DNA from: an uncultured Candidatus Saccharibacteria bacterium | GTDB lineage: Bacteria; Patescibacteriota; Minisyncoccia; Phycocordibacterales; JAACPR01 | NCBI GenBank assembly: GCA_964630375.1 | Contig: CAZVRT010000004.1 | Span: forward strand, 8,651-72,650 | Reading direction: 5' to 3' | Length of the DNA stretch: 64,000 nt | Shown: piece after piece, positions 17,394 to 26,372 of the stretch | Position numbering within the stretch: the first letter of the stretch is position 1 | How the letters are laid out: the number at the start of each line of letters is the position of its first letter | Notes under the pieces: generated by a model | Databases searched by the model: none | Seen by the model: only the letters and a program-made list of their open reading frames with translations | What the model was told of the DNA's origin: nothing | Program-made: the position numbers and the translations under genes

Positions 17394-20300
17394 CTAGCAT
17401 AATCGCTTAATTTTATCGATAATCAAGCTCGGAATATCATTTCTCATTGAAACTTTACCTTCGACCACTAAAACAGAGTCTGTTGTAATGGCATTTTTGT
17501 GTGTTGCAAAAAGTTTGGGAAAAACAACTCCTTCCAAAGTGTCATTTAAATCTGCCAATTTTAAGAAAGCCATATCGTCACCTTTTTTTGTTTTAATTAT
17601 TTTTACTTCTTCAACTGTTCCTACGACAGTTATTGTCACTGTTTCCTTCGGTGGATTTTCTTTTATTTTTGAAATTTTTACAGAATTCTTTTCTATTTTG
17701 TCTTTAAATTGCTCAAGCGGATTTCCAGAAACATAAAGTCCCAACAATTCTTTTTCCCAAGAAAGTTGTTGTGTTGAAGAAAAAATTTCACATTCTTCAA
17801 GTCTTAGTGGCGGCGCAGCAAGCATATCTCCAAAAAGAGAATCTTGATTTTTAGGACCTCGAGCAACTTCTTTGTTGTATGCGATTATTCCTTCTATATT
17901 TCCAAACATCTTGCTTCTATCACCAAGCTTATCCATGGCACCGGATTTTATAAGAGCTTCCAAAGATTTTTTATTTAAATTTCTGTCAGTAATTCGAGTC
18001 AAAAAATCTTCCAAAGAAGAGAATTTTCCATTTACTTTTCTTTCTTCAATAATTGCGTGTGCAATTCCTTCTCCAAAGTTTTTAATTGTTGAAAGTCCGA
18101 AACGAATTCTTTCAGCTCCGTTTTCATCTTTTGTTACGGTGAACCCTTCGAAACTTTCATTGATATCAGGAGGCAAAACTTCAATTCCCATTCTTTTACA
18201 CTCTGCAACCATTTCCGCAATCTTTTCTGTGTTTCCTGAGTCGGCATCCAACACGGCAGACATGTACAAGACAGGGAAGTTGGCTTTCAAGTATGATGTT
18301 AAATATGCAACACGACCATAGCTGGCGGCGTGGGCTTTGTTAAAACCGTAAGCGGCGAAAGTTTCAATCATTTCCCAAAGCTTCTTTGTGTTTTCAGGAG
18401 TGAATCCACCAATTTCAATACAACCTTTTGTAAATTTTTCCTTCTGTTTTGCCATTTCTTCAGGAATTTTCTTTCCAATCGCTTTTCGGAATTTGTCGGC
18501 TTCTCCCCAAGAATATCCCGCAAGATTAACAGCAATCAAAAGAACATCATCTTGATAAATCAAAATTCCATATGTTCTGTTTAGAAAAGGTTCAAGTTTA
18601 GGGTCAAAGTATTCAACTTTTGATGGGTCGTGTTTTCTTTCAATATAGTCAGGAATGAAAGCCATCGGGCCCGGTCGATAAAGAGCAACCATCGCGTTAA
18701 TATCATCGACAACTGTTGGTCGAAGTTCTTTCAAAAATCTTGTCATACCGTCTCCGTTTAGTTGAAAAGTTGCAGCAGTTTCTCCTCGCGCCAACATTTC
18801 GTAAGTTTTTTTATCATCTAAAGGAACGTTATCAATATCAACTTCAACATTGTAAAGTTTTTTTGCTAGCTTCACTGTGTCCGCCATGATTGTTAGGTTT
18901 TTCAAACCAAGAAAATCAAACTTCAAAAGCCCGGCATCTTCAACCGCATGCATATCAAATTGAGTAATAGTTTTATCAGGATTTTTAGGATCTAATTGAA
19001 GAGGTGTGAAGTCGGTTAGTTTAGTTGGTGCGATAACAACTCCTGCAGCGTGAACGGAAATATGTCTAGCACAACCTTCAATTTTTTTTGCCATGTCAAT
19101 TATCCTTTGAGTATCTTCATCTGTGTCGTACATTTCTTGTAGTTCAGGAGTTTCTTTCAAAGCTCTATCAATAGACATGGGGAAACCTTGTGATCCCATC
19201 GGAATTAATTTTGCGATTTCATCTCCTTTTGAATACTCATATCCTAGAGCACGGGCAACATCTCTCACAGACCCTCGAGCAAGCATCGTACCGAAAGTAC
19301 CGATTTGTGCGACAGCATCTTTTCCATATTTTCTTCTAGCGTACTCAATAACTTCATCTCTTCGTGAATCGGCAAAGTCCATATCGATATCGGGAGCTGA
19401 AGGTCTTTCTGGGTTTAGAAAACGCTCAAAGGGAAGTTCATAGTCAATCGGATTAACTGTTGTGATACCAACAAGATAAGAGACCATTGATCCCGCAGCT
19501 GAACCTCTTGTGTTCGAAAATATACCGTTATCTTTTGCAAATTTAAGCAAATCACTTACGGCCAAAAAGTACGGAGAGTATCCTTTTGTTTGAATAATAT
19601 CCAATTCATATTCAATTCTTTCTTTTATTTCCGGAGTTTCTTCAAGATTTCTTTTGCTGATTCCTTCATAAGTTCTTTTGCGAAGTTCTCCATCGTATGT
19701 TGTTCCTTCTGGAATATCGATGTCAGGGAATACCCACTTTCCAAGTTCGATTTCAACATTACATTCATCAACTATTTTTTGATTATTTTCTAGTGCCTCA
19801 GGATAATTTGCAAAATATTCATTTGCTGTCTTTGTATTAATGAAAGAAAAATCTTCATTTGGTGATTGAAGTCCACCTCCACCAAAAGTTCCTTGAACAG
19901 AAAGGAGGGTTTGTCTTGCCTCGCGATCTTCTATTTTTATATAGTAAACATCATGAGTTGCGACTAATTTTGCATTGTGTTTTTTCGCAAAATTAACAAG
20001 ATTTTCCATAAGTTGATGGTGACCATCAACTTCTGGGTGATGAGTTAATTCAAGATAAACATTTTCTTCACCATAAGTTTCGTTGTAAAAATCTAAAAAT
20101 TCTTTTGCTTTTTGTTCGTCGCCAAGTCGGAGTGCATTTATTAATTCACTATTGAAAGACGGAACAATACAAATTAAATCTTGATTCCAAGTTTGAAGAG
20201 ATTCTTTATCAACTCTGGGTTTGTAGTAGTAGCCAACCAGGTTTGCGTCTGTGATAAGTTCGATTAATGTTTTATATCCATTTTGATTTTTGGCTAAAAC

Positions 20301-20576
20301 CACTAATCTAGACCGCTTGCTGTCTATACGACCTTCTTTATCTTTTCTTGTTCTTGCAGCGACATATAAATCTATACCAATTATTGGCTTTATTTCTGCT
20401 TCCAGACATTTTTTGTAGAATTCAATAACTCCATAAAGATTACCGTTATCTGTAAGAGCTAAGGCTTTCATTCCGTCATCTTTGGCTGCTGCAACAAGCT
20501 CTTTTATCTTTGGAACAGCAGCAAGAAGACTGTAATGACTGTGGGTGTGAAGGTGTGTAAAGGGTTTTAGACTCAT
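17394..20576 (-). CDS. dnaE: DNA polymerase III alpha subunit
   Basis: PHP domain HLHTHSHYS at the N-terminus; 1060 aa; polymerase core motifs. Confidence 0.92.
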   Translation of the reverse strand: MSLKPFTHLHTHSHYSLLAAVPKIKELVAAAKDDGMKALALTDNGNLYGVIEFYKKCLEAEIKPIIGIDLYVAARTRKDKEGRIDSKRSRLVVLAKNQNGYKTLIELITDANLVGYYYKPRVDKESLQTWNQDLICIVPSFNSELINALRLGDEQKAKEFLDFYNETYGEENVYLELTHHPEVDGHHQLMENLVNFAKKHNAKLVATHDVYYIKIEDREARQTLLSVQGTFGGGGLQSPNEDFSFINTKTANEYFANYPEALENNQKIVDECNVEIELGKWVFPDIDIPEGTTYDGELRKRTYEGISKRNLEETPEIKERIEYELDIIQTKGYSPYFLAVSDLLKFAKDNGIFSNTRGSAAGSMVSYLVGITTVNPIDYELPFERFLNPERPSAPDIDMDFADSRRDEVIEYARRKYGKDAVAQIGTFGTMLARGSVRDVARALGYEYSKGDEIAKLIPMGSQGFPMSIDRALKETPELQEMYDTDEDTQRIIDMAKKIEGCARHISVHAAGVVIAPTKLTDFTPLQLDPKNPDKTITQFDMHAVEDAGLLKFDFLGLKNLTIMADTVKLAKKLYNVEVDIDNVPLDDKKTYEMLARGETAATFQLNGDGMTRFLKELRPTVVDDINAMVALYRPGPMAFIPDYIERKHDPSKVEYFDPKLEPFLNRTYGILIYQDDVLLIAVNLAGYSWGEADKFRKAIGKKIPEEMAKQKEKFTKGCIEIGGFTPENTKKLWEMIETFAAYGFNKAHAASYGRVAYLTSYLKANFPVLYMSAVLDADSGNTEKIAEMVAECKRMGIEVLPPDINESFEGFTVTKDENGAERIRFGLSTIKNFGEGIAHAIIEERKVNGKFSSLEDFLTRITDRNLNKKSLEALIKSGAMDKLGDRSKMFGNIEGIIAYNKEVARGPKNQDSLFGDMLAAPPLRLEECEIFSSTQQLSWEKELLGLYVSGNPLEQFKDKIEKNSVKISKIKENPPKETVTITVVGTVEEVKIIKTKKGDDMAFLKLADLNDTLEGVVFPKLFATHKNAITTDSVLVVEGKVSMRNDIPSLIIDKIKRLC

Positions 20577-20631
20577 TGTAGGGGAATTATAACAAAAAGT
20601 TTTTTAATTTGTTCTGGGGTAAAATGGTGCA

Positions 20632-21273
20632 ATGAAAAAACCTAAAACAGTCAAATATTTAATAGGAATTGACGAAGTTGGGCGAGGACCTTTGGCTGGA
20701 CCTGTTTGTGTGGGATTGGTAGCTATTGAAAAGAACAAAGCTCATAAAATTTTGAAAAAATTTCATAAATTAAATGATTCAAAGAAGATGAAGGTAAAAG
20801 ATAGAGAAAATATTTCGAAAGAATGTTTTGCAAAAAATTCAGAAATAAATTCAAAAATCAAAGAAGGAGAAATACTTTTTGAAATTAAAAAATGTTCGGC
20901 AAAAGAAATTGATAAAATCGGAATTTCAAAATGTATAAAGAAATGCATTGAAAGTGGTTTGAGGAGTTTTGAGAAAAAGGGAATTAATTGTGATAATTGT
21001 GAGGTTTGTTTAGACGGCGCGCTCCGCGCGCCGTCTAAATATCTCCACCAAACTACCATAATCCGTGGCGACTCCTCCGAGCCGATAATTTCTCTAGCTT
21101 CCGTTCTCGCCAAAGTCTATCGAGACAACCTAATGATAAAACTTCACAAAAAAATTCCAGACTACGGTTTTGATAAACACAAAGGGTATGGAACAAAAAC
21201 TCACATCCAAGCAATAAAAAAATGCGGTCTATCTTCAGAACACAGAAAATATTTCTGTACAAAAATTAAATAA
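20632..21273 (+). CDS. rnhB: Ribonuclease HII
   Basis: IGIDEVGRGPLAGPV at the N-terminus; DGALRAP...GDSSEPIISLASVLAKVYRD; C-terminal GYGT..H..AI. Confidence 0.85.
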   Translation: MKKPKTVKYLIGIDEVGRGPLAGPVCVGLVAIEKNKAHKILKKFHKLNDSKKMKVKDRENISKECFAKNSEINSKIKEGEILFEIKKCSAKEIDKIGISKCIKKCIESGLRSFEKKGINCDNCEVCLDGALRAPSKYLHQTTIIRGDSSEPIISLASVLAKVYRDNLMIKLHKKIPDYGFDKHKGYGTKTHIQAIKKCGLSSEHRKYFCTKIK

Positions 21274-21274
21274 G

Positions 21275-22102
21275 CTATTCTTTTCGCACCGCTTTATTCC
21301 AAAAATTAAACTTGTCATATTTTTCCGCAAATGGACCAAGTGTTTCTTTCCAATCAGAGACAGGAGTCATGATAGTGTTTTTGATTGTGTGCAAATCCGT
21401 AAAGCCGTGAAATAAGTCATCTTCCTTTGTCGTTTGCTCTATATTTTTAAAATCATGCTCAAAAGGTTCTTCTCCTAAAAATTTATAAATATCATCAATA
21501 ACTTTCTTAGGGTTTGTAGTTAATTCCTCAAAGAAAACAAAATGCATCTTTTTCCCGAAACCTCTTCTTAGAGCGTCTTTTATCGTGTTGTATGCGCTAC
21601 CAACAGGTTGATTGGCTTTCATAAACACCTCGCACCTACCTTCAACAGTTTGAAATTCAACCGGAAAAGCTTTTTCTTGACTGATTTGATGGCCTTTTTT
21701 AGTTTCTTTTCTGTATAGCTTTTCAAAACTAGCCAAAATATCTCTGATGTCTCTTACTGTTATCAATATTTTCACATCATTTTCCACCAAAGATTCTAAA
21801 AGTTCAAATTGTCCAGGCCAACCTCGACATTTATCAAAAATCACAGGCTTCTCTACGTCAGAATAAAAAGACTGAAGCATTGATTTTAATACTCTTAGTT
21901 TTGCAGGTTCATTTCTGACAGCTTTAAATTCTTGAATATTGTTCCAAGTGTTTCGTGTGTTTATTATCATTTGTAAAACACCTGAAGTAGCTGTCGCATG
22001 AAAGCGAGGATTTTGATTTAGAATATTGCAAAGCAAAGTAGAACCGCTTCGTGGTAATCCGGAGATAAAATAAAATTTTTTTGGATTTATATTATTTTTC
22101 AT
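21275..22102 (-). CDS. PAPS-dependent sulfotransferase family protein (Stf0/Sulfotransfer_3-like)
   Basis: 5'-PSB motif FISGLPRSGSTLL; 3'-PB-like ITVRDIRDILASFEKLY. The likely start is the internal Met (MKNNINP). Confidence 0.65.
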   Translation of the reverse strand: MKNNINPKKFYFISGLPRSGSTLLCNILNQNPRFHATATSGVLQMIINTRNTWNNIQEFKAVRNEPAKLRVLKSMLQSFYSDVEKPVIFDKCRGWPGQFELLESLVENDVKILITVRDIRDILASFEKLYRKETKKGHQISQEKAFPVEFQTVEGRCEVFMKANQPVGSAYNTIKDALRRGFGKKMHFVFFEELTTNPKKVIDDIYKFLGEEPFEHDFKNIEQTTKEDDLFHGFTDLHTIKNTIMTPVSDWKETLGPFAEKYDKFNFWNKAVRKE

Positions 22103-22185
22103 AAATAATTTTTTAATAATTTGTATTTGCAAACTGTGTATAAATACTGCGGGGGTGGGGGGTAACTCAATGTATAATACACTTC

Positions 22186-23904
22186 ATGAATAAATACATC
22201 AAACTAACAGGTGTTGGCCTTATGCTGTACCTTGCAATCATTATCAAAGAAACACCCGTAGCATATGCAGCTATAATCACAGATTGTTCTACCGCCTTGG
22301 ATCAAGAAAATGAAACTTATGAGCTATCCGCCAACACATCAAACAACTGTGTAATTGCCGCCAACAACATTACCTTGGATGGGAAGGGGTTTGAATTGAA
22401 TGGATACATTCAGACTATGAGCAATTCTTTTGAAGTTAAAAATATAACAATTAATTCATCTTACTATTCTGTGTATGCGACTGGCATAGGAGCTGATGCT
22501 ATATTTACAGATGTGAATATGTCCGGGTACACTTATGGGATATTTGGAGATATTTCTATTTCAGGTTCAACAATCAACGGAAATTTACATGAAAATAGAT
22601 CCTTAATCTCTCAGGGTGGCATTAATATTGTTGATTCGGTTGTTAAATTGTTTAAAGTATCAGGTGATGGTGTGAATATTACAAACTCTACAGTGGGTAA
22701 TGGGTATGAAGAAAGTCCATCATATGGTTATACTTACAATTCAAGTGTTTTGGCAAATGAAATATCAATTAATGATTCCACCATTAATGCATATATTCGA
22801 AATGATTACTATACTAATGGTACATGGCTTGCTGATACTATATTAATCACCAATTCTGCTGTAGTTGGAGGTTTAAGGGCTAAAATAACAGAGATTAACG
22901 ACTCTTCGGTCTCGGGATATATTAGTATTAGGAGTGGTGATTACTATAGTAGCGACGGTAGTTTAAAAATAATTGGTTCTACTATTACAGGATTAAAAGT
23001 TGGGGGATTGATAGAATCCGTAAATACTCCTTTAATAATAACAAACTCTACTGTTTCTTTTGTTGGAGGGTATGGTATATGGGCTACAAACAATAATAAT
23101 ATTTATTTAACTGATTCATTAGTTTCAGCTAAAATTAGTAATGACATAGATAATGTCCACATCCTCAACACCCCACCCTCCCTAACAGTAACCCCTCTAT
23201 CCCTAGAAATAGACGAAGATGAAGTATTCAATCCACAAACAGGTACAGTAACAGCCTTTGATCAAATAGGACCAGATCTTGTAGATGTATCAGACAATAT
23301 ACAAGTAACAGGTACTGTAGAGGTAACACCAGGGGAATATGAACTGATATACAGCATAGAAGATCAACCGCTAATATATACAGTTAAAGGAGAAGAGGTA
23401 ATTGTAGGTCCTAACACTTCAACAACCACCAGAACCATCACAAGACTATCTGGAGGTAGTAATAACAACGAAGAACCCCAACCTTCTGAAGAACCATCTC
23501 GTCGTTCTAGCTCAAGAAGACAAGTACCACAATCTCTATCTTCTAACACCCAACTAACACAAATAATCACACAATACGCACAATTCCTTAAAACCCTACT
23601 ATCCATAGGCATAGAACTACCAAAACAGGTAACAGATATACTAAACACAATACCTAACACCACAACACCTAATACAACCACTACAACATTCACTAGAGAC
23701 TTAACACTAGGATCTACAGGTGAAGATGTATCTACCTTACAACAACTACTAATCTCTAAAGGTTACTCTATACCACAAGGTGCTACAGGATACTTTGGTA
23801 CACAAACACAACAGGCAGTGGCACAGTATCAGAGGGATAATGGGATAGAGCCTGCGGAGGGGTGGTTTGGACCTGTTACAAGAGATGTGGTGAATAGTTT
23901 TTAG
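22186..23904 (+). CDS. Large secreted protein: signal peptide, Asn/Ser/Thr-rich parallel-beta-helix-like repeats, Ser/Arg linker, C-terminal peptidoglycan-binding (PG_binding_1-like) domain
   Basis: N-terminal signal peptide; repeated (I/V)TNSTV-type motifs; C-terminus TGEDVSTLQQLLISKGYSIPQGATGYFGTQTQQAVAQYQRDNGIEPAEGWFGPVT. Confidence 0.6.
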   Translation: MNKYIKLTGVGLMLYLAIIIKETPVAYAAIITDCSTALDQENETYELSANTSNNCVIAANNITLDGKGFELNGYIQTMSNSFEVKNITINSSYYSVYATGIGADAIFTDVNMSGYTYGIFGDISISGSTINGNLHENRSLISQGGINIVDSVVKLFKVSGDGVNITNSTVGNGYEESPSYGYTYNSSVLANEISINDSTINAYIRNDYYTNGTWLADTILITNSAVVGGLRAKITEINDSSVSGYISIRSGDYYSSDGSLKIIGSTITGLKVGGLIESVNTPLIITNSTVSFVGGYGIWATNNNNIYLTDSLVSAKISNDIDNVHILNTPPSLTVTPLSLEIDEDEVFNPQTGTVTAFDQIGPDLVDVSDNIQVTGTVEVTPGEYELIYSIEDQPLIYTVKGEEVIVGPNTSTTTRTITRLSGGSNNNEEPQPSEEPSRRSSSRRQVPQSLSSNTQLTQIITQYAQFLKTLLSIGIELPKQVTDILNTIPNTTTPNTTTTTFTRDLTLGSTGEDVSTLQQLLISKGYSIPQGATGYFGTQTQQAVAQYQRDNGIEPAEGWFGPVTRDVVNSF

Positions 23905-23918
23905 AAGACATTGACTTA

Positions 23919-23940
23919 AAGTTTATCTTAAGATAAACTT
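23919..23940. promoter_or_regulatory. 22-bp perfect palindrome (candidate operator) in the promoter region of the Phd/RelE operon
   Basis: AAGTTTATCTTAAGATAAACTT directly upstream of the antitoxin start; TTGACT just 5' of it. Confidence 0.5.
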
Positions 23941-23945
23941 TAAAT

Positions 23946-24188
23946 ATGTCTACAAAATCAACAATAATTGGTCTAAAAGAATTGAGAGAAAATACCGAAA
24001 CCTATATTAAGCGTGTTGAAAAAGGTGAGTCTATTACTATTATTCGTCGTTCTGTTCCTATTTTTAGACTAACACCAGTAGATAGCGAAGAATCAAATTG
24101 GGAACCCATAGCAGACTTCACCCTAATAAATAAAAATGGTATTTCAGCTAAAGATATTTTGTCTAAGTTAAACAAAATTGATGGATAA
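23946..24188 (+). CDS. Phd/YefM-family antitoxin
   Basis: IIGLKELRENTETYIKRVEKGESITIIRRSVPIFRLTPVD matches the Phd/YefM N-terminal pattern. Overlaps the downstream toxin gene by 11 nt. Confidence 0.6.
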   Translation: MSTKSTIIGLKELRENTETYIKRVEKGESITIIRRSVPIFRLTPVDSEESNWEPIADFTLINKNGISAKDILSKLNKIDG

Positions 24189-24438
24189 AATATCAAAATT
24201 TCTAAAAAAATTATCAAAGAAAGAACGCAAACAAATTCAAAAAATTTTGTTATTAATTTTGGAAAATAAAACAAAAGATTTAGATATAAATAAATTAAAA
24301 GGTTCAGATAATATATACAGGATCAGGGCTGGTAGTATAAGAATTATTTTTTCTAAATCTATAAATACAAATAATCAAGCAGAAATTATGATTTTGAGAA
24401 TAGATAGAAGAAATGAAAAAACTTACAAAGACTTTTAA
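24178..24438 (+). CDS. RelE/ParE-family toxin
   Basis: ..KFLKKLSKKERKQIQKIL...KLKGSDNIYRIRAGSIRIIFS... matches the RelE/ParE pattern (l..l....R.RvGdyRiiy). Confidence 0.6.
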   Translation: MMDKISKFLKKLSKKERKQIQKILLLILENKTKDLDINKLKGSDNIYRIRAGSIRIIFSKSINTNNQAEIMILRIDRRNEKTYKDF

Positions 24439-24447
24439 ATAGAAATA

Positions 24448-24475
24448 TTGCCAAAATCTGATAATCGTGTATAAT
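24448..24475 (+). promoter_or_regulatory. Sigma-70-like promoter upstream of rpmF
   Basis: TTGCCA-16 nt-TATAAT. Confidence 0.5.
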
Positions 24476-24485
24476 TTACACCACT

Positions 24486-24704
24486 ATGACAGTAAGAATG
24501 CGACATACAAGAGGGCACTCAAATAACCGCCGAGCACATCACGCTTTAGAAAAGCCGGCTGTTAGTCTTGAAGGAGAAGCAAAAGTTCCTCACTTGAGAC
24601 ACCGAGCCAACCCAGTTACAGGAACATATAAAGGACGACAAGTTATCAATGTAGCTAAAAAAATTCAAAAAGCAGCAGCGAAAAAGAATTCACAGGCAAA
24701 ATAA
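24486..24704 (+). CDS. rpmF: 50S ribosomal protein L32-like
   Basis: N-terminal ..RMRHTRGHSNNRRAHHAL.. bL32 signature; small basic protein. Confidence 0.65.
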   Translation: MTVRMRHTRGHSNNRRAHHALEKPAVSLEGEAKVPHLRHRANPVTGTYKGRQVINVAKKIQKAAAKKNSQAK

Positions 24705-24748
24705 AAAAACTGTTCACTCTTAAGTTCTTTATGATAAAATAAAAAAGT

Positions 24749-25657
24749 ATGGCAAATAGGCACCTTGCAAGATCGATTGTTCTTCAAACATTGTTTGAGT
24801 GGGACTTTAATGGAAACAATAATAACGAGGCAGAAAATATTCTGTTAAGAAACATTGAGGAATTCGCTCCAGGTGTGTCTGATATTCATTTTATGCAAAC
24901 TCTTTTGCGTGGTGTTATTGAAAAGAAACCAGAAATTGATTCTATTATTGAGAAGGCTGCGCCAGATTGGCCGCTAGAAAAAATAGCAACTGTTGATAGA
25001 AACATTTTAAGAATGGGTCTTTTTGAGCTTTTGTTTGTAGACCGATCAGAAGTTCCTTCAAAGGTGGCTATTAATGAAGCTATTGAATTGGGAAAAGCTT
25101 TTGGAGGTGATACTTCTGGAAAATTTATCAACGGAGTTTTGGGTGCTGTTTATAAAGAACTTGGTGAGCCTGGAAAAGAAGATGAATCTCCAAAAAAGAA
25201 AAAAGATATTCCTTTTGAAGAAATGCCTATTGAAGAAAAAGTTGGAGCTGTTGTTTTCGCAGAAGATAGTGGAGAAATTTATTTTGGTTTAGTTCACGAT
25301 GTTTTTGGTCACTGGACTCTTTCTAAAGGTGGTTTACAAGAGGGAGAAGATGATGAAGCTGGTTTGAAAAGAGTTATAAAAGAAGAAATGAATTTGGATT
25401 TGAAAGGTATAAATTCTTTGCTTGGAGAAACTGAATATGTTGCTAATCATCCGGAAAAAGGAAAACATCGAAAACAAGTTAGATATTATCTCGTAGAATC
25501 TGATTACGGAGATATTAAATTGCAAGAAGGAAAAAGCGGTTTAGATGCTGCACAGTGGTTTAAAGTAAAGGATGTTGCAGATTTAAATTTTTATAATGAT
25601 ATCGTGCCGTTAATAACGCAATCAATCACAACTTTGATTCAAAAAAACAACGCATAA
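24749..25657 (+). CDS. nusB: NusB (transcription antitermination factor) fused to a C-terminal NUDIX-hydrolase-like domain
   Basis: N-terminal ~140 aa ARSIVLQTLFEWDF...VAINEAIELGKAFGGDTSGKFINGVLGAV is NusB. The C-terminal GGLQEGEDDEAGLKRVIKEEMNL is a (degenerate) Nudix box. Confidence 0.7.
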   Translation: MANRHLARSIVLQTLFEWDFNGNNNNEAENILLRNIEEFAPGVSDIHFMQTLLRGVIEKKPEIDSIIEKAAPDWPLEKIATVDRNILRMGLFELLFVDRSEVPSKVAINEAIELGKAFGGDTSGKFINGVLGAVYKELGEPGKEDESPKKKKDIPFEEMPIEEKVGAVVFAEDSGEIYFGLVHDVFGHWTLSKGGLQEGEDDEAGLKRVIKEEMNLDLKGINSLLGETEYVANHPEKGKHRKQVRYYLVESDYGDIKLQEGKSGLDAAQWFKVKDVADLNFYNDIVPLITQSITTLIQKNNA

Positions 25658-25660
25658 TTC

Positions 25661-26350
25661 ATGGAACCAAAAAATAAAGAGAGACTTATAGGTGTAAAGT
25701 TTGATAACAAGAATTTATTGATTCAAGCTTTTACTCACCGTTCCTATATCAACGAAAATAGAGAAACAAAATTGAAGCACAATGAAAGATTGGAGTTTTT
25801 AGGAGATGCTGTTTTGGAACTTGTAACAACAGAATTTTTGTATGAAAAATTTCCTGAAAGAAATGAAGGTGAACTGACTGCTATTCGTGCAGCACTTGTA
25901 AATACAATTACAATTTCTGAAGTATCAAGTGAACTTGGTTTCAATAAAGAATTGCTTCTTTCAAAAGGTGAAGCAAAAGATACTGGTCGAGCTCGACAAG
26001 CAATTTTGGCAAATACATTTGAAGCTGTTATTGGTGCAATTTATTTGGATCAAGGTTATGAAGCAGCGAAAGTTTTTATTTCAAAAAATCTTTTGCCAAG
26101 AACAGAAAGAATAATTGACGAAGCTTTGTGGGTGGATGCAAAAAGTAAGTTCCAAGAAAAGGCTCAAGAACACATGAGTACAACTCCATCATACAGAACT
26201 TTAGAAGAAACGGGACCGGATCACGACAAGCAATTTAAAGTTGGAGTTTTTCTTGGAGAGAAACAAATTGCTACTGGAATAGGAAAATCAAAGCAAGATG
26301 CTGAGCAACAATCTGCTAGAAACGGCCTAAAAATCAAAAAGTGGTTGTAA
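25661..26350 (+). CDS. rnc: Ribonuclease III
   Basis: RNase III signature ERLEFLGDAVLELVTTEFLY; C-terminal dsRBD. Confidence 0.92.
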   Translation: MEPKNKERLIGVKFDNKNLLIQAFTHRSYINENRETKLKHNERLEFLGDAVLELVTTEFLYEKFPERNEGELTAIRAALVNTITISEVSSELGFNKELLLSKGEAKDTGRARQAILANTFEAVIGAIYLDQGYEAAKVFISKNLLPRTERIIDEALWVDAKSKFQEKAQEHMSTTPSYRTLEETGPDHDKQFKVGVFLGEKQIATGIGKSKQDAEQQSARNGLKIKKWL

Positions 26351-26372
26351 TATTTCTGCTATAATTACCTTT

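Noticed and set aside
17488-19443. Multiple plus-strand ORFs (17488, 17872, 18330, 19123) inside dnaE
   Set aside because: Antisense to a well-supported 1060-aa DnaE reading frame.
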